A stretch of DNA of 60,763 nt, filler included, from Catajapyx aquilonaris (taxonomy: Eukaryota): NCBI GenBank assembly GCA_000934665.2. It is 3 parts of 3 records of this genome, joined end to end, with 100 filler letters (N's around TTAATTAATTAA, not from the genome) between each part and the next. Parts side by side here need not be neighbours in the genome. Positions count along the whole stretch, not along the records: positions 39,348 to 60,763 come from JYFJ02006435.1; 2 more parts are not named here. One strand, 5' to 3'. The first letter of the stretch is position 1. Every line of letters starts with the position of its first letter. Below the pieces are notes generated by a model, which saw only the letters and a program-made list of their open reading frames with translations, was not told where the DNA came from and did not search any database. Positions 50,126 through 60,763 of the stretch are shown one piece after another. A program made the translations under genes and the position numbers.

Positions 50126-52095
50126 GAGTGAGGTAATACAGTTGGGAAATAAATGAGGATCCCCTTAAAGGTTTACGCTTATCAAGGGGCAAACCATCAT
50201 TTTATAAACCATGTGCTTCATAATTTACCCCACATCTGTACTGGTTAAAATGTTGCAGACTTTCTCGTATCTAGTTGGTACTCCTGCCCTCAATAAATTT
50301 TACTTGCTCAGGAGAACTGAAGGTGCACTCCTCTGCACTACCTCCATCTCTCTTTTCCTATTGTCATCAGGGAACCAACAGGACACATGGGAATACAAGA
50401 CATTTACCTTGATACAGATGCAAGCTGAATTATGAAACACACAGCATATATGCAAAGTCCCTGCATTATTCCCTTTGCAACATGTTCACTGACTACTTGG
50501 GCCATACCTGCCATACAATTTATGCAACAACCTTAAGAAAAGTGTTACATCACATATCAGGGTTCAAGTTTCGGCCAGGCTAACCAACAGTGGCATGATG
50601 GGAGGGAGGACTGAGTCAATTAACGACATAATACTAAAACGTAGTAATACATATGTCATCCAAACATTTACTCTGGCAACTGAATCTAGTGGATAATGTT
50701 CATCGATGTTATTATGCTTATTATAATTAAATGTTTGAGGCCTAGAGTGGGTGGCCCTCTTCCCCTCACTCAACACATTAGGCGTCATTATATTTACATA
50801 AAGAGTGCAAAAGTTACATGCATTACTCTAAAAAAATAAAGTGATAAATCAATAATATACATGCACAGGTAGTCACCGTGATGTTTAAGAATAAGTGAAT
50901 TTGCTTTCAATATGCACAGGTGTAAAAGCAACATCATTATGTCTGACAAAAGTACAAAATCAAAGGGGGACACTTTTTGGAGTTCTAAGTCTGGGTAATC
51001 TGACCTCATCTGTGCAGTAGTGCGCATGCCAATGACACTGGTATATTTGAAGCACCCCATGATTCACCCCTTGGTAGGTAATGATTATGAGACTCAAGAA
51101 AATTTTGCATTAATTGCAAGCCTTTTGAAATTTTAAGGGTGCTAAAGTGGGTGCCAGGTGTAAAAGCAGGTCTTCCTATGGCAACTTAGCGACCAGCTAC
51201 TCTGTTCCAACCACTTTGCTATGGAGCTAATATGGGACCTTGGTGCAAGGCATTGTAGATGGCCACAAATGCCCCCCTCCTCCACCCGTCAGGTTGGGAA
51301 ATATGAAAATTTTATGTCATATATGCCTTATACCAATAAGGCTTCAACACAGCCTGTAAGGGCTTATGGGAGGGGAGGAAAAGTAAAAGCTAAAGGGAGC
51401 ATGAGAGGGATGGAGGAAGAGAGGAAGACACTGCTGGGCAGGTGAACAGCAGCCAAGTCAGTCAAGGCCAAGGCTGACAGTTTGGTGCTACTGTATCTGC
51501 CAATGTGTACTGCAGAATGAAGTAAACATAATGCAGTAGTCCGTAATCTAAAGAGGGGCCATAATGTAGGAGTTATAATTTATTAATTTGGCCTCGGAAA
51601 ACACAGTAAATGTTGCATTTCTGCCCTATGGCTCCAATGACAAGGAAAAAATTAGCTTATTGAAAGCATGAAGTGCATCAGCAAGAGGTCCTTTGGGAGT
51701 TTCAAATGATTCCACCCGTCATGGCTGACCCTTCCTGTCCAAAATTATCATCAAATAGGCACCCCACCACCCAGGCAAGTCACTCAGCTATGCTTGCCAA
51801 GGTGCAAGTAGCATCCCCAGACCTCCACACAAAATCCCAGGGAAAAAGTGGCATGTTGTACTGCTCAGAGGGCAGCCATTTTAGAGAAGGCCACAAAGCT
51901 ATGTCACCAACTGCACCGGCATGCCCACATTGCAACTTGCACTGGATGCCCATTTTACCGCCCTAAGAATGAGGTGATGTTACAAAATGAGGGCTCCATT
52001 ATTTTCAACATTCATGTGAAAAAATCAACAAATTAAACATTGCCATGTTGAACATAACTTGCACAAGCAGCACCAACGAGGATGTCAGTATCCAT

Positions 52096-55000
52096 TTACT
52101 CCTTCTTCTCATGACTAGTATCTGAAATGAGAAGAAAAATCATTAAAAACACAGCACAAACTAGCCAATTTTGTCACTTGCTTACACAGGATGTTCATGA
52201 AAAACATCGACAAACTGATACCAGTGGCCAATGGTAACGGGAGGGTCATTTTATGTGGAGGAGTCATTATGTCTAGACCGCCTCATTACTGAGATAAATA
52301 AAAAGTACTGTCGGACTCGTTAGGCATCGTTAGGGGGAATCCACGTGTAACCAAAAATGTGCTGCAGAAAAATACGCCAAAAGCGATTATGCTAGCCACT
52401 CCAGAACGGCGATGCGATTTTTGCCTAATCACTCCTTCTGACTGGGGGAGGGTTCAATGGGTGGCCTAACTTCCAGGATGTTTTATACCACCTGCTTGAA
52501 GGCAATTTGCGCGGTAATGAGGCGGCCCAGGCATAATCGCTTATCTACATAATGTGATCCTCTGGTGCCTAGGTCAGGGGTGGTATAGGTTTGTCAGTGT
52601 TTTCATGAACACCCTGTATATTAGAAACAAGTTCATAAAACTCAGGACTAAAATCTCAGGTAGCAAATCACATGCCTTGTGTCATATCATAGTAAATTTT
52701 TCCACCAGCATTAAATGGTCTGACCAGGTCAACATATCCACTTTTTTTGTTTTTAGTGACCTCATTTTCGATCAAGTCTCATGAGAAGACAGCTCTTTTG
52801 GACTTTCTTTCTGTGCAAAAATGTTTTATAAGGCATGGCTGAATTTTTACAGGGATTTTTGAAATGCTAGCTAAAACCTTGTTCAGCAAACAACCCGTGT
52901 GATAAGTTTCAGTCACTTGCAGTCATTTCAGTCAGCAGTGGGACAAAAATTCCACCAAATGACTCGGTTTACATGTCACTGTGAAAACAAGTTTCCAAGT
53001 TCCAAAACAGGGAAAACTGCTATCACACCTCTTCCATGTCACTAATCCAAAACCAGAATTCACAGTTCTGAGTCCTAAGATGTTCATTTGTTTCAGATCA
53101 TCCACAATCATAAGAGGGAGGCGCATTAAAAGTTAACAAGCACACCAAATGAATCAGGCATGAGTGGAAATAGTAGTAGGGTAGCCAAAAATGCTGGTTT
53201 CTTGTCACTCCCAGTTCCTAGGGAAATGTAAATGAGAAAGTTGAGTTCCGAGTTTGGAAATCAAATTTCCAAGTTTGTAACTCCAAAACTTGCTTTTGTA
53301 GTGACATGTAAACTTGGTCATGTCTTGTAAGGAAAAATCACCTTCTTCCTCTTCGGCATCCATAATGTCAGCACAACAAATAGAGTAACAGATTAGGCTG
53401 AAGAACCCCAGAGGGAGCCCAAACAGAACTGCTGTGAGAACTGGGTTCCCCTTCCACATGTCCACTAGGGAGGTTTTAGCCTCATAGTATGTGCGGTACA
53501 TCCGCACTGGAAAGGTGTCACCACCATACACATGCACAGACTTGTTCAGTATCTGCTCTAGGAAGACCGCAATGGCTTCCTCAGTCAGCTTTGTAGGGTC
53601 ATCCTCAGGGAGGTGATGATGATAGCTGGTGGAGTTGACCACCAAGAGGCTGGGAATGGGGAGTTTGTCCATGGCGACAGAATTGGCAAGATCAGGTGTG
53701 CCCACCCAGCCAAAGAGAAAGTGCCTGCAAACAAGATTTCTGTTGTGAGATTTTACATTCGACATCTATTGCAAATGATCATAAATGGCAGCATCTAATT
53801 AGTTAACTGGAGGGGAACATGATGACCACCATGTTTAATAACAAATACATTGCTTTGCCCCTTATACAAAATAAATGTAGCACTAAAATGAGTCACAATA
53901 TTTGAAATGCCCAATAGAACGAGGGCACATGTCCACGTGGTCATGGACCCTATTGGGTGATTCATTTACATTCATGTGAAAGCTTTAAGTACATTATAGC
54001 TTACGTACTCGTGATAGACATCACGCTGCTTCCGGATGACTGACTCCACCATATTTTTAAACCTGCAATGACAAAATGGGTAAGTTGCTGCACACAAATG
54101 TGCTTGTCTGTTGGGTATCAGGATCAGGAAGAATCAGGTGAGGAAAAAGAAAGGTTTCAGAGAGTTGTATTTTGACTGTGCATGCAGTGAAATTTGGTAT
54201 CCCATTTCCTCTTGACAACTATAAAAAATAACAGGTCTACAAGTACAACACAGGTCTTCTTTACTGGGAAGCCACTGCAGTTATAACCTCCTGCATGAGC
54301 TAATGTAATTTACAAGTAAGTGTGACCCTTTTGGCCTACTATCACGTCCATGGGAAATGAACAGTCCAACTCTTGAGTCTTTTTCAGCCGCTTATAGCCT
54401 GAAGTTATTGCATTGGGTTGTCTGGAGTAAGTGGTATTCAGATAAGCCAATGGGTGGGAGTTGCCACGAAACAAAAAGTGCACAACATGCCATTTTACAT
54501 GCAGGATATGCCAGCTTCCATGACCATTGATGCAGATGTGATTTGCCATTTGCTACTGGAAACATAATTTTTCCGTCCAAGCAATTTCCCAGAAGACTTA
54601 AGTGCACTCCCTTGCATGAGGTATATATCTGTTATTCCCTGCAGTGTCACATTACAGCATGGCAGCAACCAATTCATGCACCTGGTTCTTCTCATTCAAC
54701 AAAAAACAATCTTCTCACTTGCAGCTATAATTTCATTCCACGGGAACTCTTTTCCTCCCCATTTGCGACATGTTCAGAAAAAAATGTCAGAAACACTGAC
54801 CTAGTGCCACACTATACCATTTGAATGAGCTGACCATCACATACTTGCGCATCTCTGGAGTGATCTCACCCAACTTGTCTTCTTCCAACACAGCCATGAC
54901 AATATACTTTCCAGTCCTAAGCACCTGATGAAAGTTTCCTCGTGTCACTTTGATGAATGTAGGAAACCTCTCTTTGTTAATCCAGTCAATCAAACTAGTG

Positions 55001-56821
55001 TTAAGGTATTCCAAGCTTGCTCCATCCATTGTGTCATAGTCGGTGTCTTGTGGTGCTGTGGAAGGGAAACTTTAGACGTAAGTGTTTGTACTACAATTTG
55101 CAGCTGCATTCCCTTGTAAATTTGCTAGAACTATTTTATTGAGATCTAATTCTGTAATCTCATACTGTACTTCCCCAGCAAGTTATTAATTTGTGTCACC
55201 CAGGTTACAAAAGTGCTGTAGCCCCTAGATCTGTTGTTAATTGCGCTAGAAAAAGCTCTATGCACCAATGTTTCATCGGCGAGCAGAGGGTGCTTTATAG
55301 GGATGTGGGAGCATGTGCTGGTGCGAAACGGCTAAACGACTTTGACTAATTTTTGGTAATGAATAACATTAAATGTCGAGGCCAGCAGACACTACTCCTT
55401 CTATAATAGATAACTCCTGAATTAAAAAGTGAAATGATGGAGAAGAGTGATGTTGTTTACACACACTCCCAAAAAGTCCCTTATACAGCCGCACTAGGGG
55501 CGACACTGTGGCGGAGTGGTTAGCGCGGCAGCCTTCCACCTCTAAGGTCCCCAGTTCGATCCCCGGGTCGGACAGAGGATAGTTATGTGGATAGAGTTTC
55601 AATGGGTTCTCTCCATGTTCCTGTGGGTTTTCTCAGGGTCCTCCCGTTTCCTCCCACTTTCAAAATCCATCACATCAAAGGCAATGATTAAAGTCGGTCC
55701 ATTAAAAGATGAGCCCCTAAAAAGCCCAAGGAGGCTTATCACGGGGTATCCATTATTATCATAATCATTATTATACAGCCGCACTCTAACAGAAGAAAAT
55801 AATAACATTAATAGGCATTCACGTGGTCCATGTAATAACTGGTTAACAACTTCAGTGCTTTGAGAGGAATCGCAGTGGTCTTATAATCCATCCCATAGAT
55901 ACATATCTATGATCCACCTTTGCAGCAAGTATTTGAATCAACCGCGATATCTTTACGGTATACTGTATCCGTCCAAGTATTTTGGACGCAGCCGCCGGCC
56001 ATTTATTTCCGCCTGTGCCCACCTTGTGGTACTGAATGTGCATGGCCTTTAATGCAAGATAGTGTACAGTCAATATGTATAAGATCCACTAAACATATAC
56101 GACATTGCACTTTGCACATCCCCTCCTACTTACCCTTGGAACAATTAAAACATACACATTATGTACGGTTCCAAACATGATGGTATCCCACTCCCCTCAC
56201 AAGGGCCCAGGGCCCGATAATGAGGTACAGTAAAAAGAACAACAAAAAACAAAAAAACAATCCACTAAACATGAGAGTGTATATGACATGGTGGACGGAG
56301 GCCCTAGCTTTCTCATTTTATGAAAATAAATGCTCTTTTACTAAGCTTGGGAGCATTTGAGCAATATTTTGAGGTACAGTATTTTATGTAAACACCAACA
56401 GTGCATTATGGAAAAGGAAGACTTTCCTTTAAGCCCTTCTGCACTACCCTATGCACCCACAGGAATGCATGCATTTACAAGAGATTAAGGCCCCGGTCAC
56501 ACTAGACCGAATTTCGGCGACCGAAATTCCGTCGCATTCCGCTCAAAAAATCAAACACATGGGAGTAAACGGGATTCGGTCGGGAGGAGACACACACGAC
56601 GGAATTTCCGTCCTTCGGTCGAGCACCAGCCGAAGACACGACGGAAAAAATCGGCCGCCGATTCGATCGGGGACAATAATCCCATTGCAATACATTGATT
56701 CCGCCGGGGAAAGGCCACGGAAATTCGGCGTGTAAAAAATTTGCAAAATCATTCAGCGACGGAATTTCCGTCGCCGAAATTTGGTCTAGTGTGACCAGGG
56801 CCTAAGGATCACCACTTTAGC

Positions 56822-56872
<51 letters not shown>

Positions 56873-58610
56873 GCATTCCCCGTCAAGCGGACCACCTTCC
56901 GACAAATCTTTGAGGACCTTGACCAAAATTTATTGACATGTACTACTCATCGACCTATGTAGGAAGCCAAATTATTATCCCTCTGCGTTGCGTGGTTGCG
57001 TATCTACAGGGTGTGTAAGTTGCGATTTTTCAGTCATTATACGCTGCCAGGGCTTTGAATGGAGGCCCGTAACTTCTGAACCCGTGAAGTGAATCCAAAT
57101 GTGATGGGTGATTTAGGAACCTCTTTTAACGGCCTTTCATGATACGGCATTGAAAATCGCCGGAAGTAAAAAATTTTGACTTCAAGATGGCGGCGAAACT
57201 TTGATTTTAATATTCCTCAACGTTGGCCATTTTTGAGATTTTTTGAATGTCACTCAAAATGAACCTTGAAAGGTGTGCTTCATATTTCCGAAGAGTTTAG
57301 GAGGGCTTTTTTGGAATCTCACCCGCTAGAGGGCGAAAATGCAGCCGGCGCGCGTTTTCGACCTGTACGCTGTCAGTTGGAGGACCATAACACCCAGAAG
57401 ATCGGGTTAAATCTTAAACTTATATGTGCATTGTAAATGTGTTTTCACGCTCTGTGAGATGGTTATCATCATCCTAATAAAATCAAAAAATTTGGATCCA
57501 AAATGGCGGCCTAAATTATGCTTTTCGCATTCATCATTAATCTACCTGAACGATTTGTTTTGAATGGCGTTTGAAATTGTACCGAAAATGTTTACTCGAG
57601 ATTTCCGCAAAATCTGGAGCACATAAATACGATATATGCCAACCATAAGACATTTTGTGCATGTTGGGCCCTTCTGAGAAAGGAGTCGGTTTCACGATTT
57701 TCCGATAATTTTTATTGTCGTGTAAGAATGATTTTAAAAACTTTTCACGGGGTTAAATGATTAATTTGACGTTTTTTGATCCAGAAATGATTTTAAAACA
57801 GCCAATACAGTAATTGTTTAATTGTTAATATGCCACAATGAGATATAATTATTATGCACAATCGTTTTGGAATGCTCAGCTGAGACATTGTGGGATAATA
57901 ATATATATATATATACACACAGGGTGATCCAACTCTATGGCACCAACAGTTATTGGAAAAATCAGCAAGCTGCTTGTTTATAAGCAGGTCGTTGCTAAGA
58001 GATCCTTTCTGGAGAATCTGGAATAGCACCTGCTTATATTAGGTCCAATACCCATGTAACAATTAATGAGGGAAAAAAGGGTCATACGTGGGAAACAGGC
58101 TGTTCTGGTGTTCGCTGGAGGGTTTCACATGAGGTCACTAGCTGCCAAACCAGAGGGCTAATCCGTCGGAACGGGACAGACCTGGGTGTGTCAATAAATA
58201 GGCCTTCTGGTCTGTTCATTGTTGGCCGCAGTTGGCGCAACTGAGACAGGTCAACAGGCAGCGTTGTTTAGTTACCAGTCTTAGCACCTGCTGATATTAC
58301 GTCCAATGCCCATACATGTACCAATTAATGAGAGAATGCCCAATGCAGACTGTACTGTTAGAACCCTAGAAGCCCTTGGCCGGCCCTCAAACAGGCCCCC
58401 TGAGTAAGGCATGTCCTGGTCCTGACTCTACAAGAACTATTTATTTACTGGTAACTAAACAACGCAGCCTGTTGACCTAATATCAGCAGGTGCTATTCCC
58501 GATTCTCCAGAAAGTATCTCTTATTGATCTCTTAGCAACGACCTGCTTATAAACAAGCAGCTTGCTGATTTTTCCAATAACTGTTGGTGCCATAGAGTTG
58601 GATCACCCTG

Positions 58611-58641
<31 letters not shown>

Positions 58642-58648
58642 ATGTATG

Positions 58649-58685
<37 letters not shown>

Positions 58686-59479
58686 NGCTTGCTGATTTTT
58701 CCAATAACTGTTGGTGCCATAGAGTTGGATCACCCTATATATATATATATATAGTTATTATTATCCATCATTTTCTTCTGAAACGCATTTGGTTAGCCAT
58801 GACCTGATACATACCAGAATAAAAATAGTGTGTATTTTCCTTGTAGATGAACACCGTGGGCACCTCTTTTAATTTCACATGCTGAAAAATCACATGTATT
58901 AAATTCTCTGTCCCAATAGCCCACTGCATAAAGTACCACAACAAACCTGCTCTATATGTGCTTGTGGGGATGAGTAGAATAAAATGTACGGTTGCAACTC
59001 AACTGCAATAGCTTCATAAATTTCCTGAAATAGAATGTGAATCAGCTTGGTTTAATATTTCAATACGGTATACTCACCCAAAGCGTGCCTTCTTTTTCGC
59101 CAACATACACAAAGAATGCTGGTTCAGAATTTTTCACCTCCCTAAATGCAGATGTTGATGACACTTCTCGAACATGATTTCCAGACATCCTCTTGGAAAA
59201 ACCAACTATGTCTTCCCTTGTCCTGTCACCCTTATAGGAATAGGTTTGGTCACCTTTAAAACTGATCCTGATCATTAGTAAACGAACTAGTATACACAAC
59301 AGTTTGATTACTTACAACAATATGGTGGGAAAGCCTGACACACCATATTCAGTGGCCACACTGGTAAACCGAGTGCAGTCAACTCGTCCAACACGAATAT
59401 CTGTGTCATGAAGAGACTGTGCCACATGACTCCAAATGGGCTCTAATCGCTTGCAGTGTCCACACCAGGGTGCATAAAA
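52096..59479 (-). CDS. TMX3: Protein disulfide-isomerase TMX3 (thioredoxin-related transmembrane protein), 5' exon(s) outside window
   Basis: Exons 59479-59316 (FYAPWCGHCKRLEPIW...VGRVDCTRF...GFPTI), 59261-59078, 59024-58947, 58881-58815, 55055-54845 (WINKERFP), 54062-54009, 53724-53342 (FGWVG...GNPVLTAVLFGLPLGFFSLICYSICCADIMDA) and 52121-52096 (DTSHEKKE*). All join in frame. Confidence 0.95.
52187..52616. mobile_element. CAGGGTG-family MITE in the last TMX3 intron
   Basis: caggatgttcatgaaaaacatcgacaaac ... gtttgtcagtgttttcatgaacaccctg|ta. Internal ccgcctcattac / gtaatgaggcgg pair. Confidence 0.7.
55496..55770 (+). mobile_element. Full-length tRNA-derived SINE with V-SINE-like central core
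   Basis: A box TGGCGGAGTGG, B box AGTTCGATCCC, core GTGGGTTTTCTCAGGGTCCTCCCGTTTCCTCCCAC, (ATT)-rich tail and 15-bp TSD TTATACAGCCGCACT (55481-55495 and 55771-55785). Confidence 0.9.
56097..56259 (+). mobile_element. 5'-truncated retroposon related to the SINE at 16991
   Basis: gacattgcactttgcacatcccctcc...cccttgga is shared with 17122-17167. A-rich tail and 13-bp TSD ATCCACTAAACAT (56084-56096 and 56260-56272). Confidence 0.75.
56489..56802. mobile_element. PIF/Harbinger-type MITE, 314 bp
   Basis: TAA|GGCCCCGGTCACACTAGACC ... GGTCTAGTGTGACCAGGGCC|TAA, with repeated gacggaatttccgtc-type subterminal motifs. Confidence 0.85.
57920..58610. mobile_element. CAGGGTG-family MITE with about 110-bp TIRs embedded in (TA)n
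   Basis: cagggtgatccaactctatggcaccaacagttattggaaaaatcagcaagc and its exact reverse complement ending at 58610. An extra right-end copy lies at 58687-58736. Confidence 0.85.
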
Positions 59480-60356
59480 CTATAAAGCAACAGTTGAAAC
59501 TTAAAACAATGAAATTATCTGACACAGGGTATACATAAGTGAGAAGTTTTCAAGTGGTCTTTCATTTCTCACTATCAGGCAATAAAATCTGGACCAGCAC
59601 CATACATGGAGCAGCCAGGGCCTCACTGCAAATTATGCACCTGGGCCCCCCAACCCTTTCCTTTCTCTCACCCTATTTACTGCTTATGAGCAACAACGTT
59701 TATCAGTAAGTTTTATATGGACAGGTCATGGACAAAAGGTGGACTCTTGTGGACTCCAACTAATGTATGTAATTAAGGAGTTTTGAGCCTGCAACCTTCT
59801 CCAAGAGGGTGACATTTACATAGGTCATGTGAAAATGGTAATAATTAGAATAACTACTACAAGTCAGTTGCAGCAGTCAGGAGGAGGATGAAGTGAGATA
59901 TTATACTTGCCCTGATCTGAAAATATTGGGACACCCCCAAAAAATGGAGTGGTGGGGTTATACACAGGATGTGATAAAAAGCTTCCAGTAAGATTATCTG
60001 GACTTTAGAATGGATAATTATGAATAGTAACAATTGAGCTAGGAGGATACCAAATTTGAAGTTCATTTGACAGTTAACAACTGAAATAAATACGATTATA
60101 CCTTGGACAGTGAATTTCTGTGGGGTCTGGTAAAAATTGCTGCCACTATGTTAATTTCTTACTTAGCGGGATGTAAATGTTGATAATGAACCTGAGGGGC
60201 CGCACAAACCCAAAAACAGTTATGACATTAATTACAAAAAATCTAGCACAAAATTAAAAAATATTTATCGCAAGTGGATTTTTTCAGAAATTGATACACT
60301 TGGCTGTACCACATTTAACGGTGTTATTTATTAATAAATTAAAATGTGATAGTATT

Positions 60357-60763
60357 GGGTCATTCCATGTCAATTCACCGAGCCCCCTGACCCTTGGGTT
60401 GTCAGATTTTGACGAAAATCGGCGAATCGCTTTAATTACGTCTTTCAAAAATACCATTTGCGCAGTTTTGAGATTTACCCCCCCTCCCCGGAGATAGGCC
60501 CACCGAAAAAAACATCATTTTCGGAAGGTAGGGTTTAAGAAATCGGTCATATCTCGTGAACCAATTGAGCTACAGACGTCGTAGACCGCTCCCTTTGAAG
60601 AGATTCGAGAGCCCAATCTCACTAAGGATTGAAAATTCGTATTTGGACTTTTTTGAAAATTTTGTGCCATTTTCAAAATTTCAAATTTTTTTAAAAAAAA
60701 ATCCGCCTAATTTAAAAATCCGATTTTTAAATAATGTTGTAGCTCAGACCCTTTCCCTCACAT
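60357..60763 (+). mobile_element. Probable DNA transposon left end (Sola-like terminus), runs off window
   Basis: GGGTCATTCCATGTCAA start resembles GAGGCATTCCCCGTCAA at 56870, and both are followed by CpG-retaining TE-like sequence. No partner TIR seen. Confidence 0.3.

Noticed and set aside
55496..55570. tRNA genes here and at 16991 and 42541
   Set aside because: A/B boxes are present but there is no cloverleaf acceptor stem. The 55496 and 16991 copies have tails and TSDs, so these are SINE heads.
1..60763. CRISPR array, rRNA, prokaryotic operon or polycistronic minus-strand cluster
   Set aside because: No regularly spaced repeats or rRNA motifs. Genes are spliceosomal and lie on three unlinked contigs.

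Overview
Eukaryotic genomic DNA, most likely from an arthropod (pancrustacean), judged from an ionotropic receptor, insect-like V-ATPase H and dystroglycan, and TTAGG repeats. The window is three separate assembly pieces (1-19578, 19679-39247, 39348-60763) joined by an artificial 100-bp N44-TTAATTAATTAA-N44 linker, so adjacency across the linkers is not biological. Exon structures were read manually from GT-AG junctions and reading frame. Piece 1 holds V-ATPase subunit H and a three-finger matrin-type zinc-finger/RGG gene (both minus strand). Piece 2 holds an intronless divergent ionotropic receptor, a complete dystroglycan gene and two paralogous secreted C-type lectins, one nested antisense in a dystroglycan intron. 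Piece 3 holds the 5' part of SMC6 and most of TMX3. Introns and intergenic DNA are dense with palindromic MITEs (Tc1/mariner-, Harbinger-, hAT-, pogo- and Kolobok-like), tRNA-derived SINEs (one with a V-SINE-like core) and nested insertions. I found no clearly new biological system. The best leads are the nested lectin pair, mirror-symmetric divergence between two hairpin MITE copies, the V-like SINE, an altered dystroglycan SEA cleavage loop and a possible duplicated intronic small RNA.
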